From: Parcubacteria group bacterium Gr01-1014_8
Lineage (GTDB): Bacteria; Patescibacteriota; Minisyncoccia; Phycocordibacterales; UBA2100
Assembly: GCA_007376385.1 (NCBI GenBank)
Contig: VMGC01000003.1
Location: 37,271 to 101,270 of the forward strand
Length of the DNA: 64,000 nucleotides
Reading direction: 5' to 3'
Program-made: the position numbers and the translations under genes
Shown: in pieces, positions 6,526 through 18,107 of the stretch
Numbering within the stretch: position 1 is the first letter of the stretch
How the letters are laid out: every line of letters starts with the position of its first letter
The notes under the pieces: model-generated
What the model was told of the DNA's origin: nothing
The model's input: the letters and a program-made list of their open reading frames with translations, nothing else
The model's database searches: none

Positions 6526-7941
6526 CTACCGCGTTTGTTCAATATCCTTGCCGATTGTAAACAACATCTCTTCCCCACCATGCGAACCAATGGCTTGAAA
6601 GCCTACTGGGAGCTCTTTCCCATCGCGAGTGACAGTACCCGCGGGCACAGATATCGCAGGAACGCCTGCAAGATTTACAGGTACGGTGAAAATATCTGCC
6701 GCGTACATAGCGAGAGGATCGTCCGATTTTTCTCCGATCTTAAACGCGGGAATTGGCGATGTGGGTGTTGCAACAGCATCAACCGATTCAAATGCTTTTT
6801 TAAAATCCTCACGGACGAGGGAGCGAACAGCACGAGCCTTACGATAGTACGCGTCAGCGTAACCCGATGAGAGCACAAATGTTCCTACTAAGATCCGGCG
6901 CCTGGCTTCGGGACCGAATCCACGTCCTCGCGTTTTTGTGTATACATCTCCTATTGTTTCTGCGGGTTCAGAAAGACCATAACGTATACCGTCAAAGCGC
7001 GCCAGATTCGTAGACACTTCGGCCGGATTAATAATGTAGTACACAGCAAGAGAGTATGTGAGATTCGGCAATTCGATGTCTCGGATCTCATACCCTGCTT
7101 TCCGCAAATTATTGAGCACACTCTCGAACCGCAAAGATACATCTTTTTCCACTCCACTTGAGACGAACGCGCGAGGTACCCCTATCACCTTCGGCTTTTT
7201 TACGTACACAGCTGTATCCGGAAGCGACGTACTGTCGTTAGTATCGTGCCCTCGTATCGCGTTAAACACAGCCTCAACATCGCCGACTGTTTTGCCGATG
7301 GGGCCGATCTGATCAAGAGATGACGCAGCTGCCATTAATCCGAAGCGCGACACTGCACCGTACGTTGGTTTCAAACCGACAACACCGCAAAGAGCCGCGG
7401 GCTGGCGAATTGAGCCGCCAGTGTCACTTCCGAGACCGACCAGAGCCATATTCGCCGCAACCGCCGCCGCAGGTCCTCCCGACGTCCCGCCAGCAACACG
7501 CGATGTATCGTACGGATTCTTGGTTACGCCATACGCTGAATTTTCCGTCGAGGAGCCAAGAGCAAATTCATCCATATTTGCTCGTCCCAAAAATACCGCT
7601 CCCTCATTTTTTAGCTTTGTTGTTACGGTTGCATCATACGAAGCTACATAGCTCTCCAATATCTTGGAGGCAGCGCTCGCATGTCGCCCTTTTATTAAAA
7701 TATTGTCTTTTATCGCAACAGGAATTCCAGTAAGAGATAATGCATTGCCTTCTCGTATGCGTTCGTCCGCTTCTTGTGCTTCAGCGAGCGCTGTTTCCGC
7801 CCATACTTCTAAATACGCATGAATATCAGGGTCGCGCAGGGCTATCTCTTTTAAATAGGCTTCGGTTAGTTCTCTCGCTGAAAATTTCTTGGCATCGAGT
7901 GCGCGTCTGGCCTCCATAACCGTAAGTGCTGATAGTTCCAT
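6526..7941 (-). CDS. gatA: Glu-tRNA(Gln)/Asp-tRNA(Asn) amidotransferase subunit A
   Basis: Amidase signature GGTSGGPAAAVAA, 471 aa, followed by gatC. Confidence 0.9.
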   Translation of the reverse strand: MELSALTVMEARRALDAKKFSARELTEAYLKEIALRDPDIHAYLEVWAETALAEAQEADERIREGNALSLTGIPVAIKDNILIKGRHASAASKILESYVASYDATVTTKLKNEGAVFLGRANMDEFALGSSTENSAYGVTKNPYDTSRVAGGTSGGPAAAVAANMALVGLGSDTGGSIRQPAALCGVVGLKPTYGAVSRFGLMAAASSLDQIGPIGKTVGDVEAVFNAIRGHDTNDSTSLPDTAVYVKKPKVIGVPRAFVSSGVEKDVSLRFESVLNNLRKAGYEIRDIELPNLTYSLAVYYIINPAEVSTNLARFDGIRYGLSEPAETIGDVYTKTRGRGFGPEARRRILVGTFVLSSGYADAYYRKARAVRSLVREDFKKAFESVDAVATPTSPIPAFKIGEKSDDPLAMYAADIFTVPVNLAGVPAISVPAGTVTRDGKELPVGFQAIGSHGGEEMLFTIGKDIEQTR

Positions 7942-7943
7942 AC

Positions 7944-10264
<2,321 letters not shown>

Positions 10265-10316
10265 TTACAAGGTAGAGCCTGTCGATGCCAGTAGCCAATG
10301 TAGGGTCGAAAAACGC

Positions 10317-10727
10317 CTAGTACCGCAATTCGACGGAACGCTGAAGCGCACGAGCACTCGTCCCAATAGAAGCACAGCTAGTGCTGTATCCGTCCGAGTG
10401 AATAGTGGTCCGAGGATAAAAGTTTCGTTTCGTTACAACTACTCTCACGCAGCGCCCGTTTGGTTCGAATTCGTACGAGAACGTCACCGTCCACGGAGCA
10501 TACGATGCCTGGCTATAGTACGAGCCTTCGGCGTAGTAAGAAGACTGGCTGTAGTACGTGCTTTGCGAATAGTATGTTGATTGACTGTAGTATGTACCTT
10601 GAGAATAGTACGTCCCCTGCGAATAGTATCCGCCTTCACCATACGCAGCGTATGCAAAAAAGGGCACCGCGCTCAACAAAAAGACAAGAGCAAACAGAAA
10701 CTTCTTCTTTTGTTGCGATACGTTCAT
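10317..10727 (-). CDS. secreted protein with tandem YYSQ(G/S)T hexapeptide repeats
   Basis: N-terminal signal peptide (FLFALVFLLSAVPFFAYA) followed by about 9 YYSQxT repeats encoded by 18-nt DNA tandem repeats. Confidence 0.6.
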   Translation of the reverse strand: MNVSQQKKKFLFALVFLLSAVPFFAYAAYGEGGYYSQGTYYSQGTYYSQSTYYSQSTYYSQSSYYAEGSYYSQASYAPWTVTFSYEFEPNGRCVRVVVTKRNFYPRTTIHSDGYSTSCASIGTSARALQRSVELRY

Positions 10728-10732
10728 GTACT

Positions 10733-11044
10733 CTATTGAGCTTGGGTCGTTACGTTAACGGTTTGACCATCGCACGTTATTTGCTCAGGCGGAGATGACG
10801 TTGAAAATAGCTCATGACGAATATCCCAATAGAGCGCACATTCTGCCCCAGTGTCTGCAGCGTAAAATGCGAATTGCGAATCTCTTCCTATGGAAGAAAG
10901 AATGACGCTTTTACGCGCGATGGTTACGATAGCCAGTCCCAGCGCGAGTGAAAGCGAGGCGATAAGAGCCGAAAGAAGGAGTGTAAAACCGCGGCTTTTT
11001 TCCTTTGGAAATTTCATATCAATATCATTACAACGCGCTGCCAT
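10733..11044 (-). CDS. pseudopilin / minor pilin-like protein
   Basis: Prepilin-like N-terminus KSRG|FTLLLSALIASLSLALGLAIV. Confidence 0.5.
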   Translation of the reverse strand: MAARCNDIDMKFPKEKSRGFTLLLSALIASLSLALGLAIVTIARKSVILSSIGRDSQFAFYAADTGAECALYWDIRHELFSTSSPPEQITCDGQTVNVTTQAQ

Positions 11045-11798
11045 CTTCTACCCAGCGGTATAAGTTCTCGGAGATGGTGAACGAACGCGGTTGAAACGAA
11101 CCGCTACGCCACTGTACAGTCACGCTGACCCTTATTTCGTCTGGTGCATTTATGAACTTGACATGCGCGGTACGCGTAAAGCGCGTTGCAGTCCATCCCG
11201 ACAGGCCTCGGCCATACCCATACAAATTACCATCTGTCTCTAGCGGTGGACATGTGCCGGATGTACATACGCTTGCGTCCATGTAATTGTCGCGTGTATC
11301 TATAACGAACGGGGCATCATTCGGGATGCCTTCAAGCAAGTCTACAGCTGTGCCCAAAGCGTTCTCTAGTATGTGCCCGTCACGTACGGATCGAACTGAT
11401 TCAATCGCCTCTTGTGCCAGATGGAACGCCGTTATCTGATCTCTCGCATAGAAAGCAGTGGCCAGACTTTGCGCGACGAGTCCCATCGGAACCACGATAG
11501 CTATTGTGAGGAGCGAGATCGCTACCAACGTCTCAATGAGCGAGAACCCCGAACTGTCAGATGCTCTTTGCGGATCACGCAATAAAAAAGCCCGCCCCGC
11601 CGTTCCTCGCCTCATAGAGGCGAGGTATTCCGCGGGACGGGACCAGGCTTTTGTTTTGGAATAGGAATCGACCACCGTCGATTCGAGTTTAGTGTGCATC
11701 CCCGCAGCAAGCTGCGGGATATTGCACGCCAATAAAAGACCGGACATCGGTTTTCCTTGACTTGAAGCGCGTGAACCTGGACGCAGATGCTTTATCAT
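11028..11798 (-). CDS. type IV pilin-like protein (prepilin N-terminal domain). An alternative start near 11615 gives a 23-aa leader.
   Basis: SG|FSLIETLVAISLLTIAIV is the class III signal and hydrophobic N-terminal helix. The start overlaps the upstream gene as ATGA. Confidence 0.6.
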   Translation of the reverse strand: MIKHLRPGSRASSQGKPMSGLLLACNIPQLAAGMHTKLESTVVDSYSKTKAWSRPAEYLASMRRGTAGRAFLLRDPQRASDSSGFSLIETLVAISLLTIAIVVPMGLVAQSLATAFYARDQITAFHLAQEAIESVRSVRDGHILENALGTAVDLLEGIPNDAPFVIDTRDNYMDASVCTSGTCPPLETDGNLYGYGRGLSGWTATRFTRTAHVKFINAPDEIRVSVTVQWRSGSFQPRSFTISENLYRWVEDGSAL

Positions 11799-12433
11799 AG
11801 GTCTAGTATTCGCTGCGCCGCCGTCGCTTGTATGGAATAGGTAGTCTTTGTTTTTACTTTTGCTGCACCAGCAATGCCTTTCACGACAATAACGACTTTA
11901 GGCTGAACAGTATCACCCGGCGTAGTGCCCACTACGTAAAACGCCATCTCTTCAATACTGACCTCTTCTGCCGTTATGGGAAATTCTGTTCCCCCTCCAT
12001 TTTCAGATTTATATATTCGTTTCGTTTCTGCATCATATCGGTACCTCCACTGGTCATTAACATCACTTGAACTTCCGCCGAAAGGCTCGAACGCGAAGGA
12101 CGTACCGGGAGTATCCGCGCAATCCTGCGGGATTGTCTGCGTCCCGCTGCCGCAATGATAGGTACTGCCCATGCGGATAGCGCGCACCATGCCATCAAGG
12201 GCTATGTTCAAATTATTCATCACTGATTCGAGCGCCCGAGCTTTTCTGTTGGCATCAATGAGAGAAACGAGCGCCCCGAGACCAACGAGCATAACGATCG
12301 CAAAGAGCCCCACTGAGACGACCATTTCGACAAGCGAAAATCCGGGGGAGTGTCCTCCATGGAATACAGAACGCGAGGAATGAGGGTGAATCCCCTTTTT
12401 TTCCGTACTCCTTGCCGTTGATCTTGGTTCCAT
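11795..12433 (-). CDS. type IV pilin-like protein
   Basis: SPG|FSLVEMVVSVGLFAIVMLVGL prepilin N-terminus. Confidence 0.6.
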   Translation of the reverse strand: MEPRSTARSTEKKGIHPHSSRSVFHGGHSPGFSLVEMVVSVGLFAIVMLVGLGALVSLIDANRKARALESVMNNLNIALDGMVRAIRMGSTYHCGSGTQTIPQDCADTPGTSFAFEPFGGSSSDVNDQWRYRYDAETKRIYKSENGGGTEFPITAEEVSIEEMAFYVVGTTPGDTVQPKVVIVVKGIAGAAKVKTKTTYSIQATAAQRILDL

Positions 12434-12434
12434 A

Positions 12435-13136
12435 CTATCGTACTGAGATCTGCCCTGTCGCTTCGACGATGATCGACTTCGTATCTCCTCGAGGTGAACG
12501 AACGACTATCCGCGCGTTCTGCTGACAATTCGCGAGTGAGAGAAGACACGAGAGATCATTCGCACTTATAAGCGCATCCGGTTCCGGTCGTCTAAAGAGA
12601 ATATCCAACTTCGAGACCGCCGTACATGTGCTTGCGTCCGCACCTGCGGGTACGCAAAGCCTGCCGACCGAAAATCCACCTGCAAGCGTCGATGCTTGCT
12701 GCAGCTCGCACGTCGCTGAAGAACTGGAATCAGGACAATCATACAAACCATTCTCGATGACCGCGTCCGCAAAGATCTGGTAGGACGTAGGGTCAGAACT
12801 CGCGAAATGCATTCCATAGGATGCCCCGAAATTACCGGCGCCGAAGCGCTGCACGGCGATGCCATAGACTTGCGTCTGGCTTACGGAGAGGGCGACATCA
12901 TACGTCAAATTTTCCAACGTTATTGCCGCCCCGAATTTTGAATAATTTGCCAGGAGAATTGATGAAATGATCACAAAGATTGCCGTAACAACCATGAGCT
13001 CGATCAGCGTGTATCCTCCATCAGAAGATGCTTCCGCCGCGTCAGAACCTTTTTTTGAACGCGTTCGTTCACTTCCCCGCACAACGCTTCCTACGGAAGA
13101 AAAGGAATGGATATGCCGTATACGTTCAATTGCCAT
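12435..13136 (-). CDS. type IV pilin-like protein. The ORF track extends to 13532, but the extra 132 aa are Cys/Arg-rich junk that overlaps pilD.
   Basis: GG|YTLIELMVVTAIFVIISSILLA prepilin N-terminus. A Met at 13136 gives a 41-aa leader. Confidence 0.5.
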   Translation of the reverse strand: MAIERIRHIHSFSSVGSVVRGSERTRSKKGSDAAEASSDGGYTLIELMVVTAIFVIISSILLANYSKFGAAITLENLTYDVALSVSQTQVYGIAVQRFGAGNFGASYGMHFASSDPTSYQIFADAVIENGLYDCPDSSSSATCELQQASTLAGGFSVGRLCVPAGADASTCTAVSKLDILFRRPEPDALISANDLSCLLSLANCQQNARIVVRSPRGDTKSIIVEATGQISVR

Positions 13137-13900
13137 ACTAGTATGCAGCTTGCGATGAGAAAGGGACCAAAGGGAACCTCGCTCTCCATTGTAAAGCGCG
13201 GAGCGCCCCTGCTCAATGGAGTTATCCCAATCTTCTCCGCATACGCAAGAAGCACAGGAAGCGGGAGTAAGATACAGACACTTACGACGGCACCGATAAT
13301 GAACGCACATAGTATGGCAAAAGGACCCGCGATGGGTCCTAAAAGAAAACCAATAGTAAATGCAAGTTTTACGTCGCCGAGTCCCATCCATTTGCCTCTC
13401 GACACAAGCCACAGCGAAAAAAGCGGCGTTGCAGTGGCAAGAGCGCCAAGAACTACGTATGTAATTTGGGACGCCTCTTCCATCGCAAGGAGGCCATACA
13501 CAAATGCGACTACGCCCGCTGCATAGCTCCACACATCAGGAATAACTGTGTGGTATATATCGTACACAGTGATCGCTACAAAGAGTGCCATGATGAGCAC
13601 TCCTAAGATCTTTAATTCGATAGGAAGCGGGGAAAGACCCACCAGAACAAAAAGTAGCGCCGTTCCTATTTCAACCAGTGGATATTGCAAAGATATGCGA
13701 TTCTTGCAATAGCGACATGCGCCCCCTAAGTAGACAAAAGAAAACACGGGTACGAGATCGACAACCTTGAGTACCGTCCGACACGAAGGACATGCGCTTC
13801 TTCCCATCAAATCCCGCTTCCCTTCTCGCAGGATAAGCACATTCACAAAACTCCCAATGATCAACCCAGATGCGCCAAAGAGGAATGCTTCGAGGACCAC
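13091..13900 (-). CDS. pilD: prepilin peptidase (A24 family)
   Basis: Zn-binding CPSC...CRYC tetracysteine, 8 TM helices, conserved catalytic Asp region. 269 aa. Confidence 0.85.
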   Translation of the reverse strand: MVLEAFLFGASGLIIGSFVNVLILREGKRDLMGRSACPSCRTVLKVVDLVPVFSFVYLGGACRYCKNRISLQYPLVEIGTALLFVLVGLSPLPIELKILGVLIMALFVAITVYDIYHTVIPDVWSYAAGVVAFVYGLLAMEEASQITYVVLGALATATPLFSLWLVSRGKWMGLGDVKLAFTIGFLLGPIAGPFAILCAFIIGAVVSVCILLPLPVLLAYAEKIGITPLSRGAPRFTMESEVPFGPFLIASCILVWQLNVYGISIPFLP

Positions 13901-13976
13901 AGGGAAAAGAATAGCACAACGCCCCCTCCTTGGGGGCGTTGTGTATCCGCTCTTTTAGGCGGTAGAAGACTTTCCC

Positions 13977-14486
13977 CTACGGCTTCACGCAATACGACGG
14001 ATCATCACATGTGGTAGCGCCACCTGCGAGCCCCGCCCAAAGTCCGTCAACGTCACCGAGTGGAACCGCGCTAGCGCCTCCTTCGATAACTGATTTAATG
14101 ACGTAGCTAGAGCACGGCACTGCCGTACATGCTGCACCTGCCCCGTCGGCAGAAGCATACGAGTACACGTACGAACCACTGTTCGTCGGGTCACTTGATA
14201 TCTGTGAGATGAACTGCTCTGTGACAAGAGCCCCAAGTCCGCTGGCAGCACCCATGTCTGTTGTGCCAGACACACCACCCGCAACAACTGCTGGGTATGA
14301 TTGGTGCGCATCGTAGTACAACTCAAGCGCTAACTGCATTTGCTTCATGTCCGCGATGCGGCGTGCATCACGTCCCTTCTTTCGCGCGCTGTTCAAGGAC
14401 GCAAGAACGACGGACGAAAGAATACCGATGATGGCGATAACCACCAATAGTTCAATGAGAGTGAAGCCTCTCGATGTTCGATTCAT
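13977..14486 (-). CDS. type IV major pilin (ORF track start 14531, likely true start 14486)
   Basis: Leader MNRTSRG|FTLIELLVVIAIIGILSSVVLASL is the canonical type IVa pilin N-terminus. The C-terminal region has Cys pairs. Confidence 0.8.
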   Translation of the reverse strand: MNRTSRGFTLIELLVVIAIIGILSSVVLASLNSARKKGRDARRIADMKQMQLALELYYDAHQSYPAVVAGGVSGTTDMGAASGLGALVTEQFISQISSDPTNSGSYVYSYASADGAGAACTAVPCSSYVIKSVIEGGASAVPLGDVDGLWAGLAGGATTCDDPSYCVKP

Positions 14487-14521
14487 AAAATAAGATTTAT
14501 TACTAATGTTACTAATAATGG

Positions 14522-14995
14522 CTAATTGCAACCGGATCGAACGCTTCCGTTTGCATCAACGTATACCATTCCAGGGGTCGTCCGGGGCCCCGTTCCGACT
14601 TCCAGATATGCACACGCTTGCCAATTCTGGGTAGTCGCCCCCCCTGTTGAGAGATCCGCCTGCGTACCGATGGCATAATCGCATGCACTGCCCGATCCTT
14701 CAGTGCAGGCGGTGGTGGAGCCGGAGGGATCTTTATATGCCGACAGATCTGGCGTCGTACACGTGCTGACTCGAGCTGCCCCTGATGTGCAACCTACAAA
14801 GGTCGTAGCAGCTCCACCCGTATCAGCAATGGCAACTGCGTTGCCTATTTGGCGAAGATCCTCTACGCGGCGCGTATCGCGGCCTTTTTTACGAGCATTA
14901 TTCAAGGACGCCAAAATGACCGAGGACAAGAGCCCAATAACCGCAATAACCACCAATAGTTCAATGAGAGTGAAGCCTCTGTTTTTTTCTTGCAT
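14522..14995 (-). CDS. type IV major pilin (tandem paralog)
   Basis: Leader MQEKNRG|FTLIELLVVIAVIGLLSSVILASL. A TATAAT -10 box lies about 55 nt upstream. Confidence 0.8.
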   Translation of the reverse strand: MQEKNRGFTLIELLVVIAVIGLLSSVILASLNNARKKGRDTRRVEDLRQIGNAVAIADTGGAATTFVGCTSGAARVSTCTTPDLSAYKDPSGSTTACTEGSGSACDYAIGTQADLSTGGATTQNWQACAYLEVGTGPRTTPGMVYVDANGSVRSGCN

Positions 14996-15095
14996 AGCGG
15001 ATCATTAACACAGCGTCTCCCCACTTTTCACAGGGCGGCCGCCTAATTATACGGAATTATTGACGTCATTGGCGTCTGCCTGTGGATAGCTTCAT

Positions 15096-16304
15096 CTAGA
15101 GACCCGACGCAATGTTGTAGATAGGAACAAGAACAGCCGCGAGCAGTATTGCAACCCCAAGGGCGAGCCCTACGATCATCACCGGCTCGATAAGAGAAAC
15201 AAGAGTATCTATTGCATTATTGACTTCCCGCCGATAGTAACGCGACATCGTGTCCAGAATATTGCCCATATTGCCGGTCTCCTCTCCTATCTTCATCATC
15301 GCGACGATGATACCCGGAACTTCCGGATGTTTGCGGAATGCTTCGGATACGGGGAGTCCCGCCTTCACATCGGTAGCAACTTCTGTTAATACTTTTTCAT
15401 AGGTGACATCGCCCACAACGCTTGCAGTGATCTCAAGCCCGCGCAGCATTTGAATGCCACTTTTTAACATTGTTGCGAGGTTGTCGGACATGCGGGAGAG
15501 GTAAAGCTTTCGATAAATGACGCCAATGATCGGCATCTGCAATCTTGCTCGCGAGAGAAAAAGCATGCCGTTCTCGCTCTTGCCATATCGGAATATGAAA
15601 ACGCCGCTAATAACAAGAAGGACCCCCAAGAGTAATATGTAGTTTGATAGAAATGTGCTTATGCCTATGACTATTCTTGTGTAAATAGGCACGGCCTGTC
15701 CTACCTCCTCAAGCATCAGCGCGAGACGCGGTATGACAAGAGTGAGCATAAGGATCATAACAACCACGAACGTAAGCAGAATGAACGCTGGATAGACGAG
15801 CGCATTTTTCGCTTTTTGCGTGATCTCATAGTTTCTGTCGAGGTACTCCGCAAGAAATGCGAACGTCTCGTCTAATTTACCCGTTTCCTCGCCGGCGCGA
15901 ACCATGTTCACATAGAACGGCGAGAACACATCTGGCTGACGCGAAAGAGCAGCCGCTATAGAGCTTCCACTTTGAATGTCATTCGCGACTTCAGTGAGTT
16001 TTTCGGCAAGCTTCGGTGTTCTCGCCTCAGCTGCTAGCAATCTGAATGCGCGAAGCGCAGATACCTGTGCTTCGAAAAGCGTGGTTATCTGGCGCGACAC
16101 CATCACAAGATCGGAACTCTTTATCCTGTCAAATATCGCAACACGCGAAGTGAACGATTGCTTGATCTCAACCGGTTCTATGGAAGAGATGATCAAGCCT
16201 CTTCTCTGTATTGCGGTGATCGCAAGGTCTATGTTCACCGCATCAATGGTGCCAGTGCGCTCTGTCCCGGTTTGATCAAGTGCTTTGTAAGAAAAAATTG
16301 CCAT
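15096..16304 (-). CDS. pilC: type IV pilus platform protein PilC/GspF family
   Basis: Two GspF repeats, three TM segments, 402 aa. Confidence 0.9.
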   Translation of the reverse strand: MAIFSYKALDQTGTERTGTIDAVNIDLAITAIQRRGLIISSIEPVEIKQSFTSRVAIFDRIKSSDLVMVSRQITTLFEAQVSALRAFRLLAAEARTPKLAEKLTEVANDIQSGSSIAAALSRQPDVFSPFYVNMVRAGEETGKLDETFAFLAEYLDRNYEITQKAKNALVYPAFILLTFVVVMILMLTLVIPRLALMLEEVGQAVPIYTRIVIGISTFLSNYILLLGVLLVISGVFIFRYGKSENGMLFLSRARLQMPIIGVIYRKLYLSRMSDNLATMLKSGIQMLRGLEITASVVGDVTYEKVLTEVATDVKAGLPVSEAFRKHPEVPGIIVAMMKIGEETGNMGNILDTMSRYYRREVNNAIDTLVSLIEPVMIVGLALGVAILLAAVLVPIYNIASGL

Positions 16305-16325
16305 GAAAACAGAATATCGAGCTGT

Positions 16326-17387
16326 CTACAACAACTTTTGCAACACATTCGGGTTTAGAGAATACTGGTACGCGCTTTCCACCGATATCTCCCCCTTCCC
16401 TACAAGTTCAGCGAGGGAACGGTTCATGTCTATCATTCCTTCAGTCGAGGATGTTTCAATGACCGTATTTATCTCATGAGTTCTCTTTTCGCGAATGAGG
16501 TTCGCGACCGCTTTATTATTTATAAGAAGTTCGTATGCCGGGATCAATCCGCCTGATATGCGCGGGATGAGACGTTGTGAGAAGATCCCGGCGAGAGACG
16601 CCGCAAGCTGAAGGCGTATTTGGTCTTGCTGGTTCGCAGGGAAAGTGTCAATGATACGGTCGATGGTCTGCGCGGCATTGTTCGTATGAAGCGTCGAAAA
16701 GACCAGATGACCGGTTTCAGCCGCTGTAACAGCAGCGGCCATCGTCTCTGGTCCTCGCATTTCCCCTACCAAGAGAACGTCAACGTCCTCTCGGAACGCA
16801 GATAGAAGCGCGGAAGCGAAGTCTTTTGTGTCAATGCCAACCTCTCTCTGATCTATCAATGATTGTTTCGGAGTGTGCACATATTCTATCGGGTCTTCCA
16901 CCGTGACGATATGTTCCATACGCTCCGTATTGATGAGTTCGATCAAAGACGCAAGCGTCGTCGTCTTTCCTTGCCCCACCGGGCCTACCACCAAAAAGAA
17001 TCCTTGTGATTTTCGCGCGAACGACTCCAACACGTCGGGGAGATTCAATTCTTGCACGGAACGTATCGTCTTAGGGATAAGCCTCAGAGCGATGCCGACG
17101 GCACCGCGCTGAAAGAACGCATTACCTCTGAAACGGGTACCGTCCTCAGTCTGATACGCAAAATCTACTTCCTTGGTATCAAAGAATCGTTTCTGTTGTT
17201 CCGGTGTCAGGAGCGCTTTCGCGAACCCAAGCGTATCTTCCGGAGTTAGAACTGGTTCTTTCAACATTGGCGAGAGCGAGCCCGCTACGCGTATGGTGGG
17301 ATGTGCTTCTGTTGAAAAATGAAGGTCAGATGCACCTTCATGTATGACCACATTAATATACTTTGCCAGTGTTTGAGGATAATCCAT
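16326..17387 (-). CDS. pilT: twitching-motility / pilus retraction ATPase
   Basis: Walker A GPVGQGKTTT, Asp box, His box. 353 aa is typical PilT length. Confidence 0.85.
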   Translation of the reverse strand: MDYPQTLAKYINVVIHEGASDLHFSTEAHPTIRVAGSLSPMLKEPVLTPEDTLGFAKALLTPEQQKRFFDTKEVDFAYQTEDGTRFRGNAFFQRGAVGIALRLIPKTIRSVQELNLPDVLESFARKSQGFFLVVGPVGQGKTTTLASLIELINTERMEHIVTVEDPIEYVHTPKQSLIDQREVGIDTKDFASALLSAFREDVDVLLVGEMRGPETMAAAVTAAETGHLVFSTLHTNNAAQTIDRIIDTFPANQQDQIRLQLAASLAGIFSQRLIPRISGGLIPAYELLINNKAVANLIREKRTHEINTVIETSSTEGMIDMNRSLAELVGKGEISVESAYQYSLNPNVLQKLL

Positions 17388-17643
17388 ATGAAATCCCTAA
17401 GAGGAAAGCGAGTGTGTTGCTCCCTTCTCCCGACTCATGCACGCTACACACGACATTGTAACCTATTTTTTGTACGCACATGAGGAACTGTGTGAAGAAG
17501 TGGGATTTCTGTTTATACCTCTAGCGAGTCCGGGTGCCGGATGCGGTTTGTAGGGACCCCGCAGCCGACAGACGAGGACTCGAGGATTTTTCTAGAAAGA
17601 AAAATCCGTGCCCGGAAAACCGCATCCGGCACCCTGCGAGCGT

Positions 17644-18090
17644 CTATTTCTTTCCTATGGCCTCCATCGTCATCGTGACCACCTCCGAAGGTATCATGCT
17701 TGCCTTAACGACATACTTATCGACACCAAGCTTTTCCGCCTGCACTTTGTCACCATCATTGCTCTGATTCGTGAGGGCTATTGTTTTTGCACCCTCCGCT
17801 AATTTCTCTTCTTTGACTCTACTCAAGAAACTAAATCCATCGTCCCCTGGCATGACAATATCGAAAAGAATAGCCGCAGGCTTAAGACCTCCTCGAAGCA
17901 CCGTGAGAGCGTCCGCTGTAGACTGGCATGCCTCAACCGCAAATCCCTTCTGCATGAACTTCATACTGTACATATCAAGAAGGAAGTGGTCGTCATCGAC
18001 TAGCAGGATGGTTCCATTCTGCCCCGGGGAGGACGCGGGCATAGATGGCTTTTGCGGCCCACTCGCGCTATTTTGTTTTTCTTCAGCCAT
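17644..18090 (-). CDS. single-domain response regulator (CheY-like receiver)
   Basis: ILLVDDD...FDIVMPGDDG...K receiver signature. It sits between pilB and pilT, like PilG/PilH. Confidence 0.8.
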   Translation of the reverse strand: MAEEKQNSASGPQKPSMPASSPGQNGTILLVDDDHFLLDMYSMKFMQKGFAVEACQSTADALTVLRGGLKPAAILFDIVMPGDDGFSFLSRVKEEKLAEGAKTIALTNQSNDGDKVQAEKLGVDKYVVKASMIPSEVVTMTMEAIGKK

Positions 18091-18107
18091 ACAGGATCAT
18101 TTCTCTT

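Noticed and set aside
12435-13532. The full 365-aa ORF as a pilin gene
   Set aside because: The first 132 codons overlap pilD in another frame and translate to a Cys/Arg/Trp-rich non-protein-like sequence. The prepilin signal starts after an internal Met at 13136.
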